Source: Planctomycetota bacterium | GTDB taxonomy: Bacteria; Planctomycetota; GCA-002687715; DRQF01 | Direction: 5' to 3' | Length of the DNA: 36,586 bases | Assembly: GCA_027001995.1 (NCBI GenBank) | Contig: JALTLO010000133.1 | Span: forward strand, 76,316-112,901 | Shown: in pieces, positions 18,803 to 28,294 of the stretch | How the letters are laid out: each line of letters opens with the position of its first letter | Numbering within the stretch: the first letter of the stretch is position 1 | Position numbers and translations under genes: made by a program | Notes under the pieces: generated by a model | Database searches by the model: none | Told to the model about the DNA's origin: nothing | Seen by the model: the letters and a program-made list of their open reading frames with translations, nothing else

Positions 18803-20875
18803 ATGCTTAGACGAGTGAATCCCGCAAACTGGGTCCTGCTGGCCATGCTGGGGTTATGTTTCTCGGCCCTGTCCCTGGAGGTGAAGGCCCAAGAAAAAAA
18901 GAAGCTGACCCTTCAAGACACCCTGTCTCGTGGACAATATCGTACCAGTCGAGGGCGGGCCTCTTGGACTCAGAGTGGTAAGCTCATTCGTATGAAAGGG
19001 AAGACTTCTGATCCTATAACCGGGGAGGAGAAGGAAGAACCACGGATGCCAAGGGGTAAGAAGGGAAGGCGAGGCCCCAGGCCCAAGATACACCATGACC
19101 GGGGGGAAAAATTGCCACAGACCAGCCCGAATAAGAAGTTCGTCTCATTCGTCCGTGACCACAATATGTATATCCGTGGAATCGATGGCAAAAACGAAAT
19201 AGCGGTCTCCAAGGACGGCAGCCGTGAACTTCTGCATGGCGAGCTGGACTGGGTCTACCAAGAAGAGATCTATGGACGCTTCAACTTCAACGGCATGTGG
19301 TGGAGTCCTTCTTCCCAGGCCGTTGCCTATTTGAAAATTGACGAATCCCAGGTGAAAGATTTCGTCGTCATCGACCACATCCCCAACACCCTTAAAGTCG
19401 AAACCACAAATTACCCGAAAGTTGGCGATCCAAATCCGGTAGCCGATTTAGGTGTCTTTGACCTGATGACGAAAAAAACCGTCTGGATGGATCTCAGTAA
19501 ATTCGAGGGGACTGAACCCCTGATCGTTTATGTCGGATGGACTCCTTCTGGAGACAAACTTATTTTTCAAGTTCAAAACCGAATTCAGAATTGGTTGGAA
19601 CTTTTAGAAGGCGACCCCAAGACAGGAAAAATCGAAACGTTGATTCGAGAAGAGTCCGAGACGGGCTGGGTCAATCGCATTGCTCAACCAAGATGGCTCG
19701 AGGATGGCACTTTTATGTGGTGGTCTGAGAGGACGGGGTTTAAGCACCTCTACCACTACAATGCTCAGGGAAAGCTCATCGCTCAAGTCACCAACGGTCC
19801 ATGGGTCAACCAAGGAATCATCAAGCTCGACGAAGAGGCGAAGAAAGTCTGGTTCTATGGCAACCAGGAGAACCCCTGCGGCCGGGAAGCTTATCAGGTG
19901 GATTTTGACGGCAAAAACCTCATGCTCTTGACTCCCGGAAGAGGGCATCACACGATTCAGCTCAACCACGACGCCTCTTTGCTTATTGACACCTGGTCCA
20001 ATACAGAAATGCCCCCAAAAGCTGTGGTGCGCGATCTCAATGGCGAAACAAAACGGGAGTTATTCAGCCGATCTCTCCATTCCGAGTTCGCCTACTCTCG
20101 AAGAGAATATCTGCGAATTCCCGCCCGTGACGGCTTCATCATGGATGCGACCTTGATCAAACCTCACGATTTCGACCCCAAGAAATCCTATCCAATCATG
20201 CTCTTCACCTACTCCGGCCCAGACGCACCCAGTGTGCGGGATGCCTGGAGTGTCTCTCCTTGGCATCAGTTTGTGGCCCAAGAAGGTGCCCTGGTATTGC
20301 AAGTCAACAACCGAACGTCGTCAGGTCGAGGTCAAACCTACACCGATGCTTGCTACTTGAGTTTTGGTGTTTCTGAATTGCGTGACTTAGAAGACGCTGT
20401 GCGCTTTATTGGCAAGAACTCATGGGCTGATGATTCACGGGTGGGTATTAGCGGCTGGAGCTTCGGTGGTTTCATGGCTGGTTACGCGTTAACCCATTCG
20501 AAACTATTTACTGTCGGCATCGCTGGAGCTGGTGTTTACGACTGGGCTCTCTATGACACGATCTACACCGAACGGTACATGAGCACCCCCCAGTTGAACC
20601 CTCAAGGCTACGCCAAGACATCTTGCCTTAAGGCGGCCAAAAACCTCAGTGGCCATTTGCTCCTGCTCCACGGCACCATGGATGACAATGTTCATTTTCA
20701 AAACACGGTTCAATTTGCTGGGGAATTGCAGAAACACGGCAAAGACTTCGACATGATGATTTACCCCAAGATGCGCCATGGTCCTCGGGGTTTCAAGCGG
20801 GCTCACATTCGCAATAAAGAGTGGAAGACACTCAAGACCCACTTGATTGACGGGAAGAGCCAAAAATCGATTTAG
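18803..20875 (+). CDS. Exported dipeptidyl peptidase IV-like serine peptidase (S9B)
   Basis: Signal peptide, DWVYQEE, YPKVG, GWSFGG nucleophile, YTERYM, HGTMDDNVH and MRH; RBS AGGAG. Confidence 0.93.
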   Translation: MLRRVNPANWVLLAMLGLCFSALSLEVKAQEKKKLTLQDTLSRGQYRTSRGRASWTQSGKLIRMKGKTSDPITGEEKEEPRMPRGKKGRRGPRPKIHHDRGEKLPQTSPNKKFVSFVRDHNMYIRGIDGKNEIAVSKDGSRELLHGELDWVYQEEIYGRFNFNGMWWSPSSQAVAYLKIDESQVKDFVVIDHIPNTLKVETTNYPKVGDPNPVADLGVFDLMTKKTVWMDLSKFEGTEPLIVYVGWTPSGDKLIFQVQNRIQNWLELLEGDPKTGKIETLIREESETGWVNRIAQPRWLEDGTFMWWSERTGFKHLYHYNAQGKLIAQVTNGPWVNQGIIKLDEEAKKVWFYGNQENPCGREAYQVDFDGKNLMLLTPGRGHHTIQLNHDASLLIDTWSNTEMPPKAVVRDLNGETKRELFSRSLHSEFAYSRREYLRIPARDGFIMDATLIKPHDFDPKKSYPIMLFTYSGPDAPSVRDAWSVSPWHQFVAQEGALVLQVNNRTSSGRGQTYTDACYLSFGVSELRDLEDAVRFIGKNSWADDSRVGISGWSFGGFMAGYALTHSKLFTVGIAGAGVYDWALYDTIYTERYMSTPQLNPQGYAKTSCLKAAKNLSGHLLLLHGTMDDNVHFQNTVQFAGELQKHGKDFDMMIYPKMRHGPRGFKRAHIRNKEWKTLKTHLIDGKSQKSI

Positions 20876-20893
20876 GCGAACGAGAACAAGAAC

Positions 20894-20929
20894 GGCCCCT
20901 CAACTCTCTTCTACGGAGGTTGAGGAGCC
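20894..20929. terminator. Hairpin between convergent S9B peptidase and glutamine synthetase
   Basis: GGC-CCCTCAAC...GTTGAGG-AGCC imperfect stem. Confidence 0.55.
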
Positions 20930-20945
20930 AGACTTTTGATGCTTC

Positions 20946-23135
20946 TTAGCGATGAAAGAGCATTTCACGATACTTGGGCAGAGGCCAGAAGCTATCGTCA
21001 ATGAGATCTTCCAGCAGGTCTACATGTTGACGAAGCAAAGCTCGCGTTGGAATGACTTCGTCGCGACAAAAGTTGACCAATTCGAGATGAGCTCGGTCCT
21101 TGTCGTCGAAACTTTCTACAATGCTCTCCATGGATTTCAAGCTGGCGGATAGTTTCGCCACAAGGGCATTGAGCTTCCGAAGCATGTCCTCTTGAGGACC
21201 CAGGTCGGCATCTGGAAGTGCATGTCGGGATTGCTGAATTGCCTGAGCCAACAAGCTCTGTTGTCGGAGCGCGGCGGGCATGATCATTGTTGACACCATT
21301 TGAGTGCTGGTGGCAGCTTCAATGCGAATCTGCTGGGCATAGTTTTCACACATGACATTCAGGCGTGATTCCGCTTCCCTCTTGGAGAAGACCCCCGTCG
21401 ACTCAAAAAGTGCAATATTGTGATCTGCCACGAAATGGGGCAGCGCCGAGGCGGTGTCTTTTAGATTGGGCAAACCTCGTTTTTCTGCCTCCACCGTCCA
21501 TGCGTCAGCATAGTTGTCGCCACTAAAAAGAACGCGTTCATGTTTTTTTAGAGTTTCAACAACCAGACCATGGACAATATCGCGCAACTCGCCACCATTC
21601 TTTCTGGCCTCAATTTGATCGGAGAGGAAATTGAGAGAATCAGCGACGATGGCGTTTAAGACAGTCGTCGGGTAGGCCGTCGATTGGGATGATCCAACAG
21701 CCCTGAATTCAAACTTGTTACCGGTAAAGGCGAAGGGTGAGGTGCGGTTTCTGTCCGTGATGTCCCGGGGTAATGGGGGCATAGCTGATACACCCAACTT
21801 AATTTCGCCAACATGCTTGCCTGCATCCGACTCTCTTCCAAGAAGTGAATCGACAACGCCTTCCAGTTGGCTCCCCAGGAAGATAGAAATGATCGCTGGG
21901 GGCGCTTCATTGGCTCCAAGTCGGTGATCATTGGCACTACTGGCTACGCTGACTCGTAGAAGGTCAGCATGGATATCCACTGCCCGGATCGTCGCCGTCA
22001 AGAAGAGCAAAAATTGCAAACTGTCTTCAGGGGTGATTCCTGGATCGAGCAAGTTTCTCCCTAAGTTATCAGAGAGTGACCAGTTGTTGTGCTTGCCAGA
22101 GCCATTCACACCGTTAAACGGCTTTTCGTGCATCAAGCATTTCATGCCATGGCGATCAGCGATGATACGCATCATTTCCATGATGAGCATATTTTGGTCG
22201 ACGGAAACAGTGGCCTTCTTGAAAATCGGGGCTAGCTCAAATTGGCCAGGGGCGACTTCATTGTGCCTCGTCTTGGCAGGTATGCCGAGCTTCCACAACT
22301 CATATTCCAAGTCCTGCATGTAGCCCAGTACCCGTTCGTTGATGGCACCAAAATAGTTATCAGCCAATTCTTGTCCTTTGGGTGGATTGGCGCCGAAAAG
22401 GGTGCGACCACAACTTAAGAGATCTGGACGTAAATCGGCCAATCTTCTATCGACGAGGAAATATTCCTGCTCCAAACCGATTGTAGAGTAGACGTGGTCA
22501 ACTTGAGGACCGTCAATCATGTTGAGCAGGCGGACAGCGGCATTGTTGACTGCTTCCTCAGAGCGAAGAAGAGGTGTCTTTTTGTCCAGAGCTTCGCCTG
22601 TCCATGAACAAAATGCCGTTGGAATGAAGAGGGTGACACCGTTGGGCCCTTCCCGTAGAAAAGCAGGGGATGTGGGGTCCCATTGAGTATAACCCCGAGC
22701 TTCGAATGTCGACCGCAAACCGCCACTTGGAAAAGAGGAAGCATCTGGCTCTCCTCGAATCAAGGCGCTTCCCGAGAATTCATTGATGATGTGATCGTCA
22801 CTGGTGAGGCTCAAGAAGGAATCGTGTTTCTCGGCGGTCTGCCCGGTCATGGGTTGGAACCAATGAGTAAAATGGGTGGCCCCGTGCTCCACAGCCCAAT
22901 CCCGCATGGCCGATGCTACAGCATCGGCGATGGAAGGATCCAAGCTGTGACCTGTCTGCATGGTTTGGCGCAGTTTCTTGAACGCTTCTTTGGGGAGTCT
23001 CTGACGCTGGCTTCTTTCGTTGAAAACATTACAGCCGTAGATATCGGTCAATTGACCGCGGTTGCTCTCGGCGGGGAGAATGGGGCCCTGGGCAGCGATT
23101 GCCTGGATAGCCCGGCGCCTGGCGCTTGCTGGCAT
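20946..23135 (-). CDS. glnA: Glutamine synthetase type III
   Basis: HFTHWFQP, DASSFPSGGLRSTFEARGY, HNEVAPGQFE, HEKPF, NGSGKHNNWS, RLGANEAPP and DRNRTSPFAFTGNKFEFR. Start at ATG 23135 with RBS AAGGA. Confidence 0.96.
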   Translation of the reverse strand: MPASARRRAIQAIAAQGPILPAESNRGQLTDIYGCNVFNERSQRQRLPKEAFKKLRQTMQTGHSLDPSIADAVASAMRDWAVEHGATHFTHWFQPMTGQTAEKHDSFLSLTSDDHIINEFSGSALIRGEPDASSFPSGGLRSTFEARGYTQWDPTSPAFLREGPNGVTLFIPTAFCSWTGEALDKKTPLLRSEEAVNNAAVRLLNMIDGPQVDHVYSTIGLEQEYFLVDRRLADLRPDLLSCGRTLFGANPPKGQELADNYFGAINERVLGYMQDLEYELWKLGIPAKTRHNEVAPGQFELAPIFKKATVSVDQNMLIMEMMRIIADRHGMKCLMHEKPFNGVNGSGKHNNWSLSDNLGRNLLDPGITPEDSLQFLLFLTATIRAVDIHADLLRVSVASSANDHRLGANEAPPAIISIFLGSQLEGVVDSLLGRESDAGKHVGEIKLGVSAMPPLPRDITDRNRTSPFAFTGNKFEFRAVGSSQSTAYPTTVLNAIVADSLNFLSDQIEARKNGGELRDIVHGLVVETLKKHERVLFSGDNYADAWTVEAEKRGLPNLKDTASALPHFVADHNIALFESTGVFSKREAESRLNVMCENYAQQIRIEAATSTQMVSTMIMPAALRQQSLLAQAIQQSRHALPDADLGPQEDMLRKLNALVAKLSASLKSMESIVESFDDKDRAHLELVNFCRDEVIPTRALLRQHVDLLEDLIDDSFWPLPKYREMLFHR

Positions 23136-23694
23136 GGAGTGTATTCCTTTGAGTCGGCGAAGCGGAGTCACGATCAATCCCACGTGGACCGACCATTCTT
23201 GACCCGGTTGCCACAAATTAGCACCAAACCCGGACAATCTCCCGTAAACCATGACCTTAAAATTGGCTTTCTCGACAGGGGCTTAAAGCTGCCTGATTCC
23301 TAGGGTGATGGTCGCTGGGTGAGAAGAGGCCCGGCAAAGAAACTCAGGGGGTCATAAGAGGCAACTGGTGCAAAGAATGGGCAATCTAGGGTCCCTTGGG
23401 AGGCGGTGACGTTCTAAATTTCTTGGCTGAGGGCCTTAGTAGAACCAAGATCCCATGAAAGGAGAAATCAGAATAAGATAGGATTCCCAAGAATGCACGA
23501 AGGCCGAGAAAATGCAGATTCCAGGGCAAAATCGACTCTTCGCACCTCCCTCGTGATTGACGTAATACATGGACTCCTGGAGAATAGGAGTCGTTGACCT
23601 GGGTAGCCTCAGAAAGGGCCCAAACGGTCATCCAAAATATCCAGACAAGGGGTGTGTCTCTGTCAAAGGGGACAGCCAAAACGAAAGGACAGAA

Positions 23695-25086
23695 ATGGAT
23701 CAAGATATTTACAGCGCCCGCCGAGAGGCTCTCCGTCAAGAAGTTGGCGGCGGCATCTTGTTCTTCCCGGGAAATCCGCTGATCCCCAGAAACTATCCGC
23801 AGAACGTCTATCCTTTTCGCCAAAACAGCCAATTTCTCTATCTAACGGGCATTGATCTTCCGGGTCTTGCATTGGTCCTCGGTGAAAACGCTGGCGAAGA
23901 CTATCTGTTTGGCCCCCCAGGGGACATCGATGACGTGGTTTGGCATGGACCACATGAAACCTTAGAAGAATTAGGGACTAAGGCAGCCATTGCTGAAGTC
24001 CATGACATCGCAGAGTTGGGCCCTTTCATTTGTAGCAGACGTGCGGATGGGGCGACGGTCAGATTTCTCCCTCCTTACCATGAGCGTATTTTGACCTGGA
24101 TGTCTCGAATTCTCGGAGACTCCACAGAGGACCTCAGAAAGGGGGCTTGCCCGAAACTCGCCCAGGCCGTGGTGGCTCAAAGGCTCATCAAAGGCCCAGA
24201 AGAAATCCGCGAAATTGAAAATGCCTTGGCTACAACCCATGACATGCATCTGGCAGCCATGCAGGTGGCAAGGCCAGGCATTCAAGAATCAGTCGTGGCG
24301 GCGGAAATACAAAGGGTTGCCCTGGCCCAAGATCGAGCCCAAGCCTACAACCCCATTGTGTCTGTCAGGGGTGAAGTCCTTCACAACAACACCTATGGCA
24401 ACATTCTGGAAGACGGGCAATTGCTACTCAACGATTCTGGCTCCGAGTCGCCTATGGGTTATGCATCCGACATCACCCGTACTTTCCCTGTGTCAGGCAA
24501 ATTCGACTCCCGCCAACAGGCCATTTACGAAATTTGCCTTCAGTCCCAATTGGAAGCCATCGAGATGATCCGCCCCGGAGTCTCTTATCGAGATGTCCAC
24601 ATTCACGCTTGCCATGTGATAACCGCAGGGATGGCTGAATTGGGTTTGATGACAGAAGCCGCTCGATTCAATGTGGGTGACGCCGTGAAGGCGGGAGCCC
24701 ATGCCTTGTTCTTTCCTCATGGTTTGGGGCATGCCCTCGGTTTAGACGTTCACGACATGGAAGACTTAGGAGACCGTGTTGGTTACCTGGACAGTCAAGA
24801 ACGGAGTGACCAATTTGGCCTCAACTTTCTTCGGTTCGCCAAACCTCTGGAATCGGGGCATGTCATGACCGTAGAGCCAGGAATCTACTTTATTCCAGCG
24901 CTCATAGACCGATGGGAAGCTGCAGGAACCGCCAAGGAGTTCATCAATTTTGAAATGGTGAGAGCCTTCTCAGACTTAGGGGGCATTCGCATCGAGGATG
25001 ACGTTCTTTGCACCGATGTAGGTCACCGGGTCTTAGGACCTGAAATCCCCAAGGGTGTTGAGGAAGTCGAGGCGGCTTGCTCCTGA
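23695..25086 (+). CDS. pepP: Xaa-Pro aminopeptidase (M24B)
   Basis: YPFRQNSQFLYLTG N-domain; metal ligands in NDSG, SDITRT, PHGLGH, TVEPG and RIEDD. Start at ATG 23695 with RBS AAGGA. Confidence 0.93.
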   Translation: MDQDIYSARREALRQEVGGGILFFPGNPLIPRNYPQNVYPFRQNSQFLYLTGIDLPGLALVLGENAGEDYLFGPPGDIDDVVWHGPHETLEELGTKAAIAEVHDIAELGPFICSRRADGATVRFLPPYHERILTWMSRILGDSTEDLRKGACPKLAQAVVAQRLIKGPEEIREIENALATTHDMHLAAMQVARPGIQESVVAAEIQRVALAQDRAQAYNPIVSVRGEVLHNNTYGNILEDGQLLLNDSGSESPMGYASDITRTFPVSGKFDSRQQAIYEICLQSQLEAIEMIRPGVSYRDVHIHACHVITAGMAELGLMTEAARFNVGDAVKAGAHALFFPHGLGHALGLDVHDMEDLGDRVGYLDSQERSDQFGLNFLRFAKPLESGHVMTVEPGIYFIPALIDRWEAAGTAKEFINFEMVRAFSDLGGIRIEDDVLCTDVGHRVLGPEIPKGVEEVEAACS

Positions 25087-25167
25087 CTTCTGGGCAGTGA
25101 GTCGTAGCGTCGGCCAGAGTCAACGTGTTTTCTTCTTCGCCGGAGGGAGGAGAGAAAACACGTCTTC

Positions 25168-26145
25168 TCAATCGCCCCTGGGATTTTGTGATTGTCGCTT
25201 CTTGCTACGAAAACTGTTTGCCTCAATGAAGACGTGGGTGGCCTCGGGCATGATGCCGCGAATCCCGTCTTCCACCCGTTGAATGGCGTCTTCCACCCCC
25301 CGGGTGTAGAGATCGTCGACGAAATCAACCTTGAGAGCAATGAGAATGCTGTCCGGCCCCCGTTGGAGGGTCAAAAGTTCAATGAGATCTTCAACAGCTT
25401 CATCATCGACGACAACTTGGCGAATGCGCTTTTGGTCCGCTTCACTGGCGGCTTCACCAACCAAGAGGCTATGACTCTCTCGGGCCAGAAACCAAGCAAC
25501 GGCAATGAGAGTAACGCCAATGACAATGGTCGCGATAGCATCATAACTTGAGTTGCCGGTGAAGTAAGTCAGGGATACACCGATGAGAGCAACGATGAGC
25601 CCGAAGACTGCCGCCGAATCTTCAAAGAGAACAGTAGGAATAGTGGGATCTTTGGTTTCCCGCATGACACGGAGAATAGGACCAGGGTTCTTTGCTCTGA
25701 TCTCCTGAAATTCGTGGTATGCCACTCTTAACGCAAACGATTCGATGAGAATGCCAAAAGTCAAGGCACCGTAATTCCATGCCACATTCCTGATTGGGCT
25801 CGGATTGGAGAGTTTGTGAATTCCTTCATAGAGAGCGAATCCGCCTCCCAAGAGAAAAATCAGCAAACTCACCATGAAGGCCCAGAAATAGCGTTCCATG
25901 GCATAGCCGAATTGATGAGATTCGCTGGCTGGCTTCTTGGCACGCTTCAATCCGAGGGCCAACAGAGCCTGGTTGCTCGTATCAGCAACAGAGTGAATCG
26001 ACTCCGCTAACATGGCAGAAGAACCAGTGAAGAAGAAAGCGATGCCCTTGGAGATTGCCACCAAAAGATTGGCCACAATTCCGGCGAGCAATGCCTTCAC
26101 CACGCCCTCATTGGTATTTGGGATATCAGGAGTCTTCATGATCAA
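25168..26145 (-). CDS. Cation diffusion facilitator (CDF) metal transporter
   Basis: SSAMLAESIHSVAD, HQFGY and VLFEDSAA motifs, about six TM helices and a C-terminal cytoplasmic domain; ATGA overlap with the upstream peptidase. Confidence 0.92.
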   Translation of the reverse strand: MIMKTPDIPNTNEGVVKALLAGIVANLLVAISKGIAFFFTGSSAMLAESIHSVADTSNQALLALGLKRAKKPASESHQFGYAMERYFWAFMVSLLIFLLGGGFALYEGIHKLSNPSPIRNVAWNYGALTFGILIESFALRVAYHEFQEIRAKNPGPILRVMRETKDPTIPTVLFEDSAAVFGLIVALIGVSLTYFTGNSSYDAIATIVIGVTLIAVAWFLARESHSLLVGEAASEADQKRIRQVVVDDEAVEDLIELLTLQRGPDSILIALKVDFVDDLYTRGVEDAIQRVEDGIRGIMPEATHVFIEANSFRSKKRQSQNPRGD

Positions 26146-28199
26146 TTCTTCTTGTCGTAGTCCACTTGGAAAGGAGGAAGGTCTTTTCCTTGGTCTTTCA
26201 GAAAGTGATCAAACCAGCGCATCTGCCTTAAACCATAGTCTAAACGAGCTGCTGCGTTGCGGTTGCCATGCTGCTCCCGAGGATAGAGCACCAAACGGCT
26301 AGGAACCCCGCCTTTTATCTTCAGGGCACGATAGAGTTCAATACTCTGAGCAACTGGAACCCGAGGATCTTTCTCCCCATGCATGATCAAAATGGGAGTG
26401 TGTGCTCGATCGATGTAATAAAGAGGGCTGGCCTCCAAGAATCTCTGCCAGTTTCCCCATGGACGCATGCGCCAATGCACCAAGAAACTCTCATTCGGAA
26501 TATCAGTGGTGAAGACCTTGGAGATTTGTTCCGAAATTCCAACAAACATGACACTGGCGGCGAAACGATTACTGTAATAGGTGGCCCCCCAAGCAGACGC
26601 ATATCCTCCATAACTGCCACCGGTGATTCCCACGCGATTCTTATCCACAAAGCCAAGCTCTACCAAGTGATCAACACCGTCTACGATATCATCAAACTCC
26701 CCATGAGCGGATTGGCCCTGACCGAGCTTAGAGAAAGCGACGCCCCGTCCCGTGGAACTACGATAGTTAGGGTGAAAGACAAAGTAGCCTTTTCCGGCGG
26801 CAACCTGTCCCGGCATCGAGTAAGCAGAAAGCCAAGCATTCGCATAGTGAGATTCTGGGCCCCCATGAATCATGCAGATCAGAGGATAACGTTTGCCTTT
26901 TTCATAGCCGACGGGGTAGATGAGGATCCCGCCGATCTCTATTCCATCCCGAGCAACGTAATGTACTTCTTCTTGACGACCGAGTCGCAATTTTTTGCTT
27001 TCAGAGAGGACACTCTTGTTGGAATAGGTCACCCGCGTACCGTTCACGTAGAGTTCCTTCGGGTGCTTTGGAGATTCCGCTAGGGCGATAAATTGCCAAT
27101 CGCCCTTTTCATTTTGATGAATGGAAAGACTGCGCCAAACCACGGGGGCCGAAGATGTTTCTTCAAACTCGACCATTTTCTTCATCGGTCCACCGCTCGC
27201 GGATTGCCCCATGACAAAGGAGCTCATTCCTTGGTTCACCAAGAGCGCAAAAGCATCTTTCTTGTCTTTCCCCATCACCCACATCATGTCCGCAACATGG
27301 CCCAGAAAGTTCGAAGGTGTCAGTGTCTTAACAGCGAACTTTTTAGGAGAAGAGGGGAGCGTCACCAGCCGCAAAACCCCTTCTTTTGGATCATGAACAT
27401 CGACACCAGAAATGAAAGCGATGCGCCGGCTGTTGGGGCCCCAACGAAAAACACCAACCTTGCCAGAATTAGGTGCCACTTCCACTGGAGAATCCGTTCC
27501 CCTGCGGAAGACCCATAAGCTGCGTGCCATATAGCGGTCATCTGTCGTTGGCGACGGGCTCTGCCAAAACGCAAGCGACTTGCCATCGGGAGAATAGGAC
27601 ACTTCCCAAGGGGCTCCCTTGTGAGGTATCTGCCCATCGTTCATTGAACTCAGTTCAACTTCCCGGAGCTGAACATTGTGGGTCGATTCACCATAGGCAA
27701 ACTGATCAAATCCTCGACTCTCCCACTGACCCTCCTTAACAGGAACATGGCACACGTAGGCGACTCTTTTGCCATCAGGACTCACGGTGTAGTAGCGGAT
27801 GGAAGCACGAGGCGTGAAGACTCTTTGCGCTTCGCCCCCAGTCTTTGAAATAGCATAGAGACAGGCGACTTTGTCTTCTCCTCTTTGGGCGATGAAGAAG
27901 AGTCTTGAGCCGTCGGAACTCCATGTCACCTTGGAAAAAGGTCCTTTCATGAAGAGTTTTCCTGCTCCTCCATCTTTCGTTGTCAACCACAACTCAGAAC
28001 GAGCTCGGCCATCTTCCTGCAGGGCGTCTCGTGGAATCGAAACAACATAAGCGATATGTTGGCCGCTTTTGTCAACAAAGACCTGCTGCACAGTCTTGAG
28101 GCCACAAACTTGGTGGGTAGTCAAAACTACTTCTTGGGCTGAGGCTGAAGCCCAAAAGAGGAAACAGAATACAAAGCCAAACAAGTTTCGCAGGAGCAT
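26142..28199 (-). CDS. Exported S9 family peptidase (S9C, acylaminoacyl-peptidase-like)
   Basis: Signal peptide (ASA-Q), SPDGK propeller repeats, IHGGP, PNYRSS, GGSYGG, HGEKDPRV and EQH. Confidence 0.92.
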   Translation of the reverse strand: MLLRNLFGFVFCFLFWASASAQEVVLTTHQVCGLKTVQQVFVDKSGQHIAYVVSIPRDALQEDGRARSELWLTTKDGGAGKLFMKGPFSKVTWSSDGSRLFFIAQRGEDKVACLYAISKTGGEAQRVFTPRASIRYYTVSPDGKRVAYVCHVPVKEGQWESRGFDQFAYGESTHNVQLREVELSSMNDGQIPHKGAPWEVSYSPDGKSLAFWQSPSPTTDDRYMARSLWVFRRGTDSPVEVAPNSGKVGVFRWGPNSRRIAFISGVDVHDPKEGVLRLVTLPSSPKKFAVKTLTPSNFLGHVADMMWVMGKDKKDAFALLVNQGMSSFVMGQSASGGPMKKMVEFEETSSAPVVWRSLSIHQNEKGDWQFIALAESPKHPKELYVNGTRVTYSNKSVLSESKKLRLGRQEEVHYVARDGIEIGGILIYPVGYEKGKRYPLICMIHGGPESHYANAWLSAYSMPGQVAAGKGYFVFHPNYRSSTGRGVAFSKLGQGQSAHGEFDDIVDGVDHLVELGFVDKNRVGITGGSYGGYASAWGATYYSNRFAASVMFVGISEQISKVFTTDIPNESFLVHWRMRPWGNWQRFLEASPLYYIDRAHTPILIMHGEKDPRVPVAQSIELYRALKIKGGVPSRLVLYPREQHGNRNAAARLDYGLRQMRWFDHFLKDQGKDLPPFQVDYDKKN

Positions 28200-28238
28200 A
28201 ATGGGCCCTCAATCTCAAAAATGATGTCCAGAATGGAG

Positions 28239-28266
28239 GAAAGACAGGTACCCTTACCTGCCTTTC
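28239..28266 (-). terminator. Hairpin downstream of gltA
   Basis: GAAAGACAGGTA-CCCT-TACCTGCCTTTC inverted repeat; the U-tract is weak. Confidence 0.4.
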
Positions 28267-28294
28267 ACTCGCGAATTTGCGCCAATTTCGAGGC

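Noticed and set aside
23211..23228. Possible sigma54 promoter for glnA (TGGTGCTAATTTGTGGC, minus strand), plus a TGGTGCA half-site near 23366
   Set aside because: The spacing is GG-N12-GC rather than N10, and the NtrC-like site has only one half.
26268..27083. 271-aa plus-strand ORF
   Set aside because: Antisense shadow of the S9 peptidase. The same applies to 16037-16693, 22683-23303 and most short track ORFs.
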